Below the pieces are notes generated by a model, which worked only from the letters and a program-made list of their open reading frames with translations, was not told the DNA's origin and searched no databases. A stretch of 64,000 bases of DNA from Octopus vulgaris (taxonomy: Eukaryota): positions 52,948,001 through 53,012,000 of the forward strand of contig OX597824.1 in the NCBI GenBank assembly GCA_951406725.2, written 5' to 3'. Shown in pieces: positions 49,322 through 62,256 of the stretch. The translations under genes and the position numbers were made by a program. Position 1 is the stretch's first letter; each line of letters opens with the position of its first letter.

Positions 49322-49670
49322 GGGTTGGACAAAATAGGGGAAACTTTAACATTTCAAACAAATATGGCGTAGGACACCGCTTTTGGCAGTAATTACAGCT
49401 TGAACTCTACGAGTTTAGATGGATATATTTAGCAATTCCAAAGGAATTTTTGTCCATTCCTCAGCTAAAACAGTCTCCAGTTCTTGTAGTGATGATGGTG
49501 GAGGATATCGACTCCTTACTTGTTTTTCTAAAATGCTCTATAAATGTTCAATGATATTGAGATCTAGGGATTGTAGTGGCAAGATAAGATGTTCAATTTC
49601 ACTAGAATGTTCATCGTGCCATTCAGTAACAACATTAGCTGTGTAAATTGGTGCATTATCATCCTGAGAG
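49319..49670 (-). mobile_element. Tc1 transposon 3' fragment with a TIR
   Basis: QDDNAPIY...SLDLNIIEHL...PPSSLQELETVLAEEWTKIP; terminus caggggttggacaaaat next to TA. Confidence 0.85.
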
Positions 49671-49844
49671 TTAAGGCCCCCATTAGGGGATCTTAGAATC
49701 CTCATGAGAAGCGGAAACTTTGTGAATACTTCTTGATTTATACCAATCACTTATGGTTGAAATTTCATCAACATCGGAAATTTGTGAATTTTTATGGGGG
49801 GTTCTGCCCCACACACACACCTTTATGCCCCATAATGCCATATG

Positions 49845-49985
49845 ACTGTGGCCATGGTGGAGCACCGACTTTAGTCGAGCTAATCGACCCCAGGGCTAGT
49901 ACTTATTCTATCGGTCTCTTTTACGGGGACGTAAACACATCAGCATCGGCTGTCAAGCGATGGTGGGACACAAACACACAAACAC
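49845..49985 (-). mobile_element. OR-like SINE 3' fragment
   Basis: tgactgtggccatggtggagcaccg...gacgtaaacaca...cggctgtcaagcgatggtggg. Confidence 0.75.
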
Positions 49986-50028
49986 ACAAACACATACACA
50001 TACATACATACATACATACATACATACA

Positions 50029-50091
<63 letters not shown>

Positions 50092-50447
50092 CATACATAT
50101 AAAAGTGATGACCTGTAAGTGGACATCCATTATGCTAGAAGAAGATCTGCTATGGTCTTACCACTAAGAAATGAATGTTCTCAAGAAAATAATTCAGCAA
50201 ACGCCAAAGCGTAAGCGAGCAAGACAAATGAAAATATACAAAATATAGATTAATCACATACTATGATTTCGTTGTTAATGCTTACATAATCATTTACGTA
50301 ATCATCCCCGATTACAATTGGAGCCACTTTTCAAAAGCCTTCGTTTTGGCGCGCCAAACTACCGGAAATATTTCTGCAGAAAATAATTCTCTGCAGTGAA
50401 TTTTGCCGGTTAGAGAACATAGCAATTTAAATTTAAATATACATATA

Positions 50448-50590
50448 TACGACGGACTTATTTCAGTTTCCGTCTACCAAACCCACTCACAAGGCTTTGG
50501 TCGGCCCGAAGCTATAGTAGAAGACACTTGCCCAAGGTGCCACGCAGTGGGATTGAACCTAGAACCATGTGGTTCGTAAGCAAGCTGCTT
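50448..50590 (-). mobile_element. OR-like SINE, part downstream of the insertion site (head continues at 57062-57099)
   Basis: The SINE match stops at ...ggttcgtaagcaagctgctt; the remainder (accacacagccactcctacgcc) resumes 6.5 kb away. Confidence 0.9.
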
Positions 50591-52702
50591 TATTTCATTA
50601 AGATTTGCCATAAAGGCATTACAAAGAGTAGTGAGCAGGCTGGACACATACATTGATGAGATGAAAGATGAAACAAGGATGATATTGATGGGAGAAGACA
50701 AAAAACGCCCGCCGATTTTCTGTTTCTCTAAAATATCATTCTTCTTTTTTCCAACAGAAAAAAACAAAGCGAGGGACAGTTTTTACAATTATTGGACTTA
50801 ATAGTCCATGCCAAATAATAACATGCAATAACATACAATAAAATATTCAATATACAAGCAACACTAGTCCATTTACAAAAGAGGCGCTGAGCCTCTTACA
50901 TATTATAAGACTGAGGCTTTTCAACCTCTTGTCAATTTTCCACCTCATCATCGCTTGTGTCTATGTACTCCACCATCTCCCATGCTTGATTCAAGGCGGA
51001 TCCGAGTTGCCGTCACCCGGCCACGAGCGATATTCCTCTTTTAGTCCATTCAGCCTTTGTAACACGCACAACATTATGACCTCCACAGCTATCTGAGGAG
51101 GTCATTCGGGATCTCGTGTGAAGGCCAGATACTCCCTCGTAGTGTTCTTCCATCACTTTTTCCACCTCTCCGCCTCTATAAAAGAAGACCAACAGTTCTT
51201 CGTCCTCTGCCTCCGAAGGGGTCAATTGTATCGTTGGCGGCACAATTCCAGCCAATGGTGTCTCTCCCCCACCCGCCGGTGGCACAACCAACGAGGCTCC
51301 GGAACACTCCAGCGCCATGTCTCTGACTGCTGGCAATGTCCCTTTCCCTTCCTCTTCCTTTTTTTCTTCTCGACTGGGGGAGGGTACGTCTCCTCCGTGA
51401 CCGGGAGATTCGCCTCCCCTCCCTCATCCCCAGGATCCTTCGGTGAGCACCCATTATTGCCTACCTTCTTCCTTTTGCGGCTCTTCTTTGAGGAGTCCTC
51501 CGTCTCCTCGGCCGCCTCTACAGAGGTCTCCATCAACCGCTCCAGGACTTTGTTTTACCTTTGAAGACAGTTATTTTTTATATGGCCAGGCTCCAGGCAC
51601 TGATGACACCTGTTGGGGCGTCCCTCAAGCATCACCGAATACCTAGACCCGGCCATTCTCAAAAAGTCTGGAAATACCAGACTTTCGGCTGACTGGCTTC
51701 ATAGGGTTACAACAGCTTGTGACCCCTCCGAGTCAGTCGCAGGCAGAATATTTACGTTGAGGAGCTTGGTGCTACTGCCACCCAGACCCCGGCGAATAGT
51801 ATATCCTATCCACTCCGGGTGGCAAGCCGCAAACCCAAGCCCTCGTCAACTTCTTCCCACAATAAGTGGGAAGAAACAAAATTTCATTGCCCTCCAGGGG
51901 TTGACTCGCAAATTCCTGATCCACTTCTAGGGAGTCAAACAGCAACCACACGGTTGCGTATTTGACCCCCCGAGTGATAAACTTAATCACTGGCTTAAAT
52001 TCTGCCAACTCACTTTCGATTATATCCTTTCTGAAAACGGCAATGGCGTCGAGGGTCCTAGAGTAGGTCCTCAAAACTGTCTTACTTTCAAGTTCTTTTA
52101 ATCATTATTTGGATGGTGTAAATTCCCACTCCACCAACTTTCCTTTGTTATTTGCCATATTTTTTTTTTAAAACGGTCCAAATATATAGTTCTCAAAATA
52201 CAAAATAATTAAGGAAAAACAAGGAAGAGAAAAAGTCCAAACAAAAAAGAAGGCGAGAAAAAGTGCAAATAAAAAGGGAGGAGAGAAAAAATTTACAGTC
52301 CAATAAAGAGTTTTTTTTAATAAAAGATAGATAAAGAGAGAGCAACAGTTCAAAACGCAGCAAAGGCCACTCAGTACTCCGGGCCAAAATGTTAACACAA
52401 TTATTAAACAGTTAATAAATCATTCCAATTTTCTTCTCATAGATACTCCTTGACAGGAACTATATCGTTGAAAAACTATTTTCATATTTAAGTGAAAAAA
52501 GAAATTTTCACTCAGCCTCAGGTAGACTGGAATCTAGTGAGGACTTCTTGTTTGTAAAAGATAATTGCGGCAGACAAGAGGTCCCCACTAGACCCAAAGA
52601 AATCTTACCTTACGGCTGAGTTTCAAAACTCTTCAATTTAAGACGGCTCCAAAAATACGTCTTACAGCTTCAGTGTCAAACACAACTTTGGCTCGCTCAT
52701 GC
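50591..52702 (-). mobile_element. ORF1-only Tx1/L1-like element, unit C
   Basis: ATG at 52158 (MANNKGKLVEWEFTP...RGVKYATVWLLFD...CGLPPG), disrupted; degenerate zinc knuckle; shared 3' tail ending ...ggcaaatcttaatgaaataaag. Confidence 0.85.
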
Positions 52703-52713
52703 GCAAGCTACTT

Positions 52714-54928
52714 TTATTCATCAAATTGGCCATGAAAGCCGTACACAGATAGGTAGCTGCGGGCTGGACAAAGACATTGATGAGATGAGGATGATAACGA
52801 CAATAATGAACAAAAATGGGAGGGGCACCGTCGCCCGCCGACATATAACCACTCGAAATCGCTGTTCTTTTATTCAATTTTAATCAAAACATATCACAAA
52901 AATTACAAAATTTCCATTCATCTTCCTCTTTCTCATCCGAGCCCCCGACTAAGTTCCCTGCCGCCTGCAGGAAAGCCTGCATCGGCAGGTCGGGGCCCGG
53001 AAAGAGAAAAACAAATTCTTCATTTCCAAAGGTCACCATGACCTCAAAAAGTTCTTTTTGCGTTATGACTTCCACCTGCGGAGACCAACTTGCACAGTCT
53101 GTGCAGACCGAGTCGTAACGTTCTCGGTCGAGAAGACTGTCCAAGAATCTCTCAACAGGCCCTCCCATGTGATAGAAAATGATGGGTTCCACCTCTTCCT
53201 CACGGGGAGGAGCCTCAGCCTGCTCTGTGAGTGGCACAATACCCACTGACGGAGTCTTTTCCACCGGTGGCAGACATTCCACCCGCAGATCATTAGGATC
53301 TGTCGGCGGCACATCAACCTCCACCGACCGTCTCCCATTTTTTCTTTTTCTTCTTTCATTTCTTTTATTTGGGGTTGCGGGAGTCAGGACCTCTATCGGC
53401 CTAACCGGGAGGTCCTTCTCCTCTCCCGCAACCTGTGTTGTCTTTTGGTGAGCAACCATTGTTACTCTCCTTTCGTTTCCTTTTCGAGGAGGCAACCTCC
53501 TCCGTCTCTCCTCCAATGGGGGGCGGAGGGCACCTTTTCTTTTTTCTTCTGCTCCAGGGCCTTTCGTCGGCCCTAGGGGCAGTTCCTTTTGATGTGGCCT
53601 GGTTCCAGGCACAGGTGACACTTGGGGGGGGGGCGACCCTCAATGATCACCGGGTACCTGGCCCCGGCCATTACCAAAAAAACAGGGAATACTAGGTCTC
53701 CGGCCGACTGGGTCCAAAGGGTCAGAACTGCTTTTGACTCTGCCCAATCGGTCGCGGCCTCCACCCTGACACTGAGGAGCTTGGTTCCATTACCGCCCAG
53801 ACCTCTACGAATGGTCTGTTCGATCCATTCAGACCGAACTCCGGGCGGCAGCCCACATACGAAAGCCCTCGTTATTTTCTTCCCACAATATGTGGAAAGG
53901 AACAAAATCTCTTCCCTTTCTAGGGGCTGGCTTGCCGCAGTGCAAGCTTCCTCAGGGGTGTCAAATAGCAACCACACCGTTGCATACTTGACACCCCTGG
54001 ACACAAAGTAATTTTTAGCTGGCAAACATTTTGCCAGCTCTTTATCAATAATACCCTTGTCGAAGAGGGCGATGGCGTCACGCGACCTAGAATAGATCCA
54101 TAGTACCACCGTCCTCCTCTCAATGTTTTCAAGCCACTGCTTGGGTGGGACAACCTCCCACTCCAAAGCGGTGGCTTTGTTTTTCTTCATATTCTCTGCT
54201 ATGAGAACAAAATGCCCACATAAAATAAACACAAAACAACAAAAAATTCTAAACACAGGGAAAATAGAAAAAACTGTTCAATAAATGCAGAAGAAATGAA
54301 AATAATAGTTCATACCAAAATAGTTCATAAAAGAAAGAGAAAAGAAAAGCAACAGTTCACAAAGAGTAAATAAAAATATATAGTTGCAGGCAGAAAAAAA
54401 ATTCCAGGCCACAATGGTACTCCGACCCTATTCGATCCCGGCTACGTTGCAGCTCACAATTTGATGGTAAAATTCAATTCTTCACAATTTGCTTGTAACT
54501 AAGCAAAGAACCCTTACACAGTTCCACCAACAGGAAATCTCTTCTTCAGATCAGTAATTTTCAAAACCTAGTTGATTTGAAAACAACAATAATTCCTTCC
54601 TCAAACTCTTCTCCACTGTAGAGAAACAACAATTCACTCTAAAAAGCTCCGGCTCGCTGCTCCTGCTGTTCAAACAAGCCCACCGGCAACAAGCCACACA
54701 CACACACTCTTGCTTGCCAAACAAGCAACAAATTCACCACCATGAGTAAGCGAAAATACCCCAGAGCTGGGTAGAATATACTGTAATAAAAATAAAAACA
54801 CAATAATTCTACCCAACTCAAAACAAACAAAATCGCTTAACTTGACAACGACCTTTCCTTCAAATACGGAGCCAAACAGCTACACGTCCTTCCTCGTTCA
54901 GGGGAAGCAACCAACTGCCAACAAACAC
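52714..54928 (-). mobile_element. ORF1-only Tx1/L1-like element, unit B
   Basis: ATG at 54190; RRM-like region, then CHLCLEPGHIKRNC (CX2CX4HX4C), a basic linker and a C-terminal domain ending at 52884; has a stop and frameshifts. Confidence 0.88.
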
Positions 54929-54946
54929 TTGGTAAGCAAGCTACTT

Positions 54947-57061
54947 TATTTCATCTAATTTGCCACGAGGGCATTACACAGATAGCAGCTTTGCGGGCTG
55001 GACATAGACATTAATGATATGAATGATGGTAATGCAAAAATGATGATGATGGGAGAAGACGAAAAGCGCCCGCCGACCTTCGCTTCTCTAAAACAATGTT
55101 CCTTTCTCTTTATTTTCAAAAAATCGATATGAGGCTTGAAACCTCTTACACAAAGGAGGCACTAAAACCTCTTACAAACTTCTTTCATTCATTTAATTTG
55201 CCACAAGGGCAGCACATAAATTCATAACAATTCTCCCTGTCAGGTCCCCGAAGCAAAGTGCCTTGCCGCCTGCAGACAACTCTGCGACGACGAGTCGAGG
55301 CATGCAAAGAGAAAAGTAAATTATTTCCTGTTAAAGGTCGCTGCGACCTCTGACAAAATATTTTCCGTTACTACCTCCGCAGCCACCTGCGCAGGACATA
55401 ACGGACTACTTGTGCAGACCGTGTCCATACGTTCTCGGTCATCCAAGCCGTTCAAAAAATTTTCCCCTTCCCTCCCTTGTGGTAAAGGAGAATAAACCAC
55501 TCCTCTTCACAGGAAGGGACCTCACACTGACCAGTCAGTGGCACACTTCCCACTGACGGAGCCTTATCCGCAGGTGGCACACATCCCACCTGCGGCTCTG
55601 TCGGCGGCCTAGGAACACTCGCCGCCCGTCCTCTATTCCTCTTTTTCCTCTTTCTTTATGAGACTGCGAGCCCAAGGGGCTCCGTCGCCGGACGCGGGGG
55701 TCGCTACCCTCCTTCTCCGCCTGTACGTTCTTTGGTGAGCAACCATTGTTGCTCACCATTCTTTTTCTTTTCGTGGAGGCAGCTTCCTCCACGACTTCCA
55801 CCGTCTCCCCCTTCAATGAAGGGGCGGCGTGCACTTTCTCTTTTTCCTGCCCCAGGATCCTACTTTGGTCTCTGGGGCAGTTCTTCTTAATGTGGCCGGT
55901 CTCCAGGCACAGGTGACATTTGGGGGGGGGCGTCCCTCAAGCATCACCGGATACCTGGATCCGGCCATCCTCAAGAAATCTGGAAAAACCAGACTTTCGG
56001 TTGATTGGGTCCATAGGGTCAAAACAGCTTTCGACCCCTCTCAATCAGCCGCAGGCAACACTTTTACATTCAGCAGCTTGGTGCTGCTACCACCAACCCC
56101 GGCGGATAGAGACCTCTATCCACTCGGGCTCAACTCCGGGTGGCAGTCCGCAGATCCAAGCCTTCAATAGTTTCTTTCCACAGTAGTTTGGAAGAAACAA
56201 TATTTCCTCACCCTCGAGGGGCTGACTTGCAAAATCGCAAGCTTCTTGTGGGGAGTCAAATAGCAACCGTACCGTTGCATATTTCACTCCCCTTGCAATA
56301 AATTTAATGGCTGGCATGTAGTCTGCCAGCTCGTTCAAAATTGTGGCCTTCGGAAAGACGGCTATGGTGTCGAGCGACTTCGAATAAGTCCTCAACACCA
56401 CGGTCTTCTCCTCCATCTCTTTTAAATATTTTTTGGGAGGTGTCAACTCCCACACAAGAAATTCCTTTGCCATTTTAACACAAAGTTCAATTACAGTTCA
56501 AAATGTAAGAAAATAAAATAAGACACAAAGAAAGAAAAACACAACAGAAGGGAAGAAATAAAAATAGAAATAGCAGTTCAAAAAAGTTCTTTTTTTTTTA
56601 ATAAATGATAGCTCGAAGAAGATAGTTCAAATCCAGATAAAGGAATTAATTTTTTCGGCCAAAAAAGGTACTCCTGGCCAAATGGCCAATTGGTAAAATA
56701 CCTTGCAAAAACAATCCTTGGTAATCCTTGGTACTCCGTGGTAAATCCAGTGGAAAACACAAAGACAATTTCAAAACAAATTATTTTTTTCGGAGGGACT
56801 ACGCCTCCTCAATAACACAATTCTCACTGCAAAGTGAGTCTCTAAAGGCAGCCACAGGCAGGAAAATGTCTGGCGCAGAGTGGAGTCTATTACTCACCAA
56901 AACAATATTAAATACAGAGCAACAAACTCCACTAAGCCCTCACAAATATAAAACAAACGCCTACCTGTAGTCGAGCCTCAAAATTCAATATTTCACGACG
57001 AACGACGTGACATCAAGCAGCAATAACTCCCCGCCAAAAAAACACGTGCGACTTCAACAGA
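54947..57061 (-). mobile_element. ORF1-only Tx1/L1-like element, unit A
   Basis: ATG at 56473 (MAKEFLVWELTPP...), CHLCLETGHIKKNC, same C-terminal domain and 3' tail as units B and C; frameshifted. Confidence 0.88.
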
Positions 57062-57099
57062 GGTTAGCAAGCTATTTACCACACAGCCACTCCTACGCC
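57062..57099 (-). mobile_element. 5' head of the interrupted OR-like SINE
   Basis: Reverse complement ggcgtaggagtggctgtgtggtaaatagcttgctaacc. Confidence 0.85.
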
Positions 57100-57309
57100 T
57101 ATAAAAATTATTAACAACCTTAATCGATTTTCGAATCATATTGGGTTCTTATCAGGGGCGTCTACATCATTCTGATAGTCTATTTTTGTAATAACAATCA
57201 AACCCTAAGTCTTTAAAACTATATACCAAGACCAACAAGTATTTTCATTAAATCATTAAATAAACTAACAGCAGAAATAAAACCTTCGCGAACATAAGTA
57301 CTATGGTAA

Positions 57310-58464
57310 AAATTTTCTCTTTCTTGATTGTCTGTCATGTTAAATGTTATTTCAGTCCCTTTTGATACTCCAGCAGAAGTCAGCCATCATTCGTTTGTCC
57401 CACTGTCCCTGGTAGCTCTCTTACATTGTTTTGATACCCTTATGGAATCTTTCTACTTGCTCATCACTCTCATCACCGCAATTATCCGGAAATTTATCTA
57501 GATGACTATGTAAAAATGAACCTTATTACTCATATTAGCGTCTATGTTCTGTAGACTTTATAACAGCTTTTCCACGAATTCCTTGTAGTTTTCGGCCCGG
57601 CCATTGCCTAAGACGTTTTTCACCACGTCAACAAGCAATGTCTAAACGCGTAATTCCAAGTTATTGAATTAACAAATTCACCATCCTTAATGAGTTTCCT
57701 GGTATCAGGACCATCAAACACTCCTACCTTGAGTTTTTCAGTGCTAAGTCTTGGAAATGATTAACGTATATATTCAAAACATTTACTTTCATTGTCGAGT
57801 GATTTTATATACTGTTTCATTAATCCCAATTTGATATGCAAGGGAGGGAAAATGATTTTTTCTTTCGGAATTAGTGCTGCACAAATAACGTTCTTTTCAC
57901 TGACCTTCAACTCTCGAGGTGGCCAATCTTTCCTTTTCTAGTGCTCCTCTTTTGCTCTCCGACAGTAGAGCAAAACATGGGAATTTCGTGTAGCCACTTT
58001 GTTGACCGAGCAGGAAATTTACCATTTTCAAATCGACACATAACACCCATTTATGTTTGGTGTAGTCAATCTGTTCCATAACCTGTTGAATAGCATCATG
58101 TTTTTCTTTCAAAGTTGTTGAATGACCTATAGGTATTGGCATATACATGCTGGTATTATGGAACAAAACACATTTCAAATTACGTTTTGAACTATCAATG
58201 AACAATCTCCATTCATCAGGATCGTATTTGTGGACGCCTAGTTGAAGAAGAACGCTCTCAACAGCATTGCAATGAACAAGTTCCGTGTTCTCATTAAAGA
58301 ATGGTACAAATTCGGCATCCCTATTTCGATAGAATGTTACCTTTGTGCCTTCTGCAAAAACGGTAGCTAACCATGAAAAACTAAGGTCATTTTCGGAATC
58401 AGTACCATCAAATTAGCTAAAAACGTGTTTTGTTTCTTGGCACCAAAAATCGTGTTGACCAGTG
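57310..58464 (-). mobile_element. Chapaev3-like (CMC) transposase remnant
   Basis: LFIDSSKRNLKCVL, VDLKMVNFLLGQQSGYTKFPCF, IFPPLHIKLGLMKQ, FDGPD, HSHLDKFPDN...SDEQ.ERFH and YQGQWDKRMMADFCW; terminal-like ...gttgaccagtg at 58464. Confidence 0.8.
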
Positions 58465-58999
58465 TTATTCAGCTGGAAAGCGATTTAATTTTCTGGAGAT
58501 TTCTTTTCATCTTAGGAGTTGATTAAACCGTCGTCTAATTAGATCTACTCCGGCTCTTAATCTGGTTTTGTCTCTTATCAAATATTATATCATTTGATAT
58601 TTAATTTGTGCAATTTCTCATCTAATCTCACATAGTTGTTTTTTGTTTTGTTTTGTTTTTACTATTCCACCGTTTAATTCATATACTTGTTTCATTAGTC
58701 ACTAATTAGTTTAAGGCGGTGAATTAATGAAATTGCAACATAACTGAACTGAATAGCTGATACCATCAATTTTTATTCATCCCTCTATATTCTATATCTA
58801 AATCCCTGCGAGCCTCAACATTTTTCTTTCATTAAAACCGAAGAATTGTCAGAGTAAATTAAGAGTCAATTATTATTACTATGAGTTCGTATGATACTTA
58901 TTTTTAAAAATATTGGATGATATATTGACTTTTTTGGGGGATTGAAATTGACGGCCTATACCTTTTCCTTTTCCTATACCTTTTCCTTTTCCATGAAGA

Positions 59000-59510
59000 T
59001 TAAGCAGAGTCACTCGCACCCACCTTTCTTACCACAGCCTTCTATCTTTTGTCAAACACATCTCGCGACAGTCATCTCCTCTCCAGACCTATCTTGCTCG
59101 TCAGATGATATCTGAAAAAAGTGAGCAATCTGGGGTCAGAGATGAAGGCTCCGGTCACGAGTCCTTGCAGTTTAGTCTTCCAAACAAACTCTTTCAACAC
59201 TGCCACGGTAAGGAGAGAACATACCTCACCTTCTATTGAGAGTCCGGGGGGGGGCATAATCTTTATTATAGATTCAGGTGATAGCTGTACTCTGCCTAGG
59301 TGTGACAACACGTGTTCAACGTAAACTATCACGCCTGAAAGCTTCCGACAGTGTAAAATAGCGTGCGGGACAATTTCATCGTCCAGCCCACATCTTGGAC
59401 GTGTCGGTGGTACTGACATTCCATGCCTAGATAAACCTATCGCGAACAGGTAAAGTGTTCCTATAGCACTGCCAGGTCAGGGACTTTTGGCAATTATCCA
59501 AATACCCCGA
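59000..59510 (-). mobile_element. Tx1/L1-type ORF2 C-terminal (zinc-binding) fragment
   Basis: LDNCQKSLTWQCYRNTLPVRDR...RPRCGLDDEIVPHAILHC...LKEFVWK...IGLERR resembles the zf-RVT region of Tx1/L1 ORF2. Confidence 0.75.
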
Positions 59511-60160
59511 AAGTTTTTTGGTATTAACCACTTCCGGTTTAGTTTCGGATTTTTTAAAAATTCTTCTTCTTTTGTTTTTTGTAGTTGTTAAAGAGAAATA
59601 CTTTAAATTTTCCATTTGTACAAATGTCTAGTTGTTCACTAAGTGGAACATTTCTAAGAGATCAATCTTTAATTTGTTATTTATGCACGTTTGCACAACT
59701 GGTTAGATTTGTCCCGGTTTCTCCAATGTAATTCTCATTGCATCCTGGGTATGTAATGCAGTAGGTGAGATGTTTTGTTTTGCAATTCATGTGAATACCC
59801 ACTTTCAATTCCTTCCCATTCTTGAATCTTTTGATTGTTTCTTGTCTCAATTATTTTACATGTCCCACAACAAGCGGCTCAACAGTTCGTAACTTGTTTA
59901 TTTCTTTCTCCGATGTGAACCTCGCCTTTGTTTGGTGGTTGTCTTCGACGGTCGATGATTTGTGACTTTATAATTATTTGTCGAAGACTTGATGATTGAT
60001 ATAGAATTTAGAGGTATCGATTGACTGAAGATATGATGATGTAGCTCTTAGGATTGTGAGTGACTACAAATGGAATATCTATACTTGTGTTTTCGTGTTT
60101 ACTCTTAGCGTGAGTGTTTCTCACAGTCTGTTCTGTCTTCTTATTTGCTTTATGTATATA

Positions 60161-60453
60161 CAGTGGCTGACTGGGTCTAAAATATTGTTGCCAGGAAACT
60201 AAGAGGACCCACCCGCAACTACAATGCTATCTTTAAATTTTTTTCTTTTTTTGCTAAAAGTATTCTTTTGAACTGTCTACAAACAGAGCCAGTCTGAAAT
60301 AATTAATGCATTCTTCATGGAGTAAATAAAAAATTCTCGAACTTGAGGGGATGGGACTCTTAAATACTAACATGGGTCCCCATATATTGATTGTAGTGGC
60401 GCAGGGGCCCACTTGCCATCGGGCAAGCTGGCAATCTGGCCAGTCCACCATTG
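60161..60453. mobile_element. Possible hAT-like MITE
   Basis: Imperfect TIRs cagtggctgactggg / ggccagtccaccattg and an internal gggccc motif; no clean TSD. Confidence 0.4.
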
Positions 60454-60499
60454 TGTGTGTGTGTGTGTGTGTGTGTGCGCGTGTGTATGTGTGTGTGTC

Positions 60500-60612
<113 letters not shown>

Positions 60613-61469
60613 GTGTGTGCGTGTGTGTGTGTGTCATGGTTGTCGACCATGAAATAATAGAAATGTTATCATAATCTCATATCATCAATTTTCATTATTC
60701 ATACTTTACAACGAAAGTGAAAGTTAGTGATCTTTGGTAATCCGAAAGGTCGGTATCCGCCTTTGATAATTTCCAGATGTCTGCGGCCCGTGCGTGTGCT
60801 TCCCGAGATAAACAACTAAATTATCTTATCCTTACGAGCGCGCTGTATATGTGTGTGTATGTATATGTGTGAATGCGTATGTTCGTACGTTTTTACAGTT
60901 GTCTGTAAGTGTGTATGTGTATTCATTTACCATAAATGTCGAAATAAACATAGTCAATCATCACGTGTATTCTCTTTCACTATTTATATTCAGTGGTAAC
61001 CGTCACAGAATGATTTGAAGAACTGACTTTAATTAGAAGCGAAGTGATCGTTGCAATGACCATTCGTTTTTCCACAGTTTTATTAACGTCACTGAAAAGT
61101 GATAGATGCAACCAGGAACCAAATAATATTTGTTTTAACTATACCTCTCACTTGTAATTAGGCCTTCGTATTTTAAAACTCAAAATAAAATTATTTTTAT
61201 TCCATAAGGCAACTAAATGACGCTGCCAGGAATCGAATTAACAGAAATTATTGCACAATTCTACGCAAAGACATCGTTTGCACAATTCTATAAAAACACA
61301 TCGTTTTTGTCTTTAAATAATCTAATCGAATAATAATGATTTGGTTTAATGATTCGAGTGGTTAGGTTATTCCGACCAGGTGACTCGTTGTGTCTTGAGC
61401 CATATACTTTATTTCACATAGCTACAATCTACCCAGCTTAGAAACGAATACATGCATAGTGCTAATGCA

Positions 61470-61518
<49 letters not shown>

Positions 61519-61769
61519 TTCACCCTCCCTCCAACTTTCATATCATGTATATGCCACAGGCTTAATGGTGAGGGAACCGAGATGGTGTCTATGTCTGCTC
61601 GCCACCACATTTAATACAATTAGTGCAAGCTAATTGTTCTAGATGTACATATAGCCATACCCTATTCACTTGCGAATACCAACGCTTTCATAATAAATAC
61701 ATTGTTTTAAAATCTGTAGAGTTATATATTTAGATAATACAGTTCTATATTTAAGAGATGAGGAATTAT

Positions 61770-62136
61770 GTACATCATTGGCTATTATCGGTGATAATGG
61801 CGAACCCGTAGCTAAACCCTCTTCTTGTCGATATATATAAGTGTCCATACTGAAGTATGTAGTTTATACACTGATGGTTAATATTTCCATCAAGTTTCTT
61901 ATTAGTATACTAGTGCGTTCTTTTAGATGTGTGTTTGTCACAAGTTTTTTCTTTTTGACTGATAGTGCTTCACCAGTTGAAACTTTGGTAAACAGACTTA
62001 TCACATCTAGCTTCACCATCTGATTGGATTCAATGGGTGTATCCTTGATAAATTCTGTAAAGTGGCTGGGATTCTTCACGTACGATGTTGACTTTCCTGC
62101 TAATGGACTGATTATATACACAAGGAAGCGGCTCAA
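61770..62136 (-). mobile_element. Penelope (Poseidon-type) RT fragment
   Basis: SYVKNPSHF...LDVISLFTKV...TYF...IYRQEEGLATGSPLSPIIAN. Confidence 0.85.
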
Positions 62137-62256
62137 TTGATGCTAGGACACAACAACCTCCTAAGCAGACCGAGTGTAGTTATGAACAGCATATGGGAAC
62201 CGGTATTAAGGAAGGATAGGAGAATAAACCCTAAAATTCACTCCATAATTGTCCAC

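Noticed and set aside
50591-57061. Units A-C as a tandem host gene family or LTR-retrotransposon gag genes
   Set aside because: No introns or LTRs seen, all ORFs are disrupted, and the units are bounded by duplicated SINE sequence.
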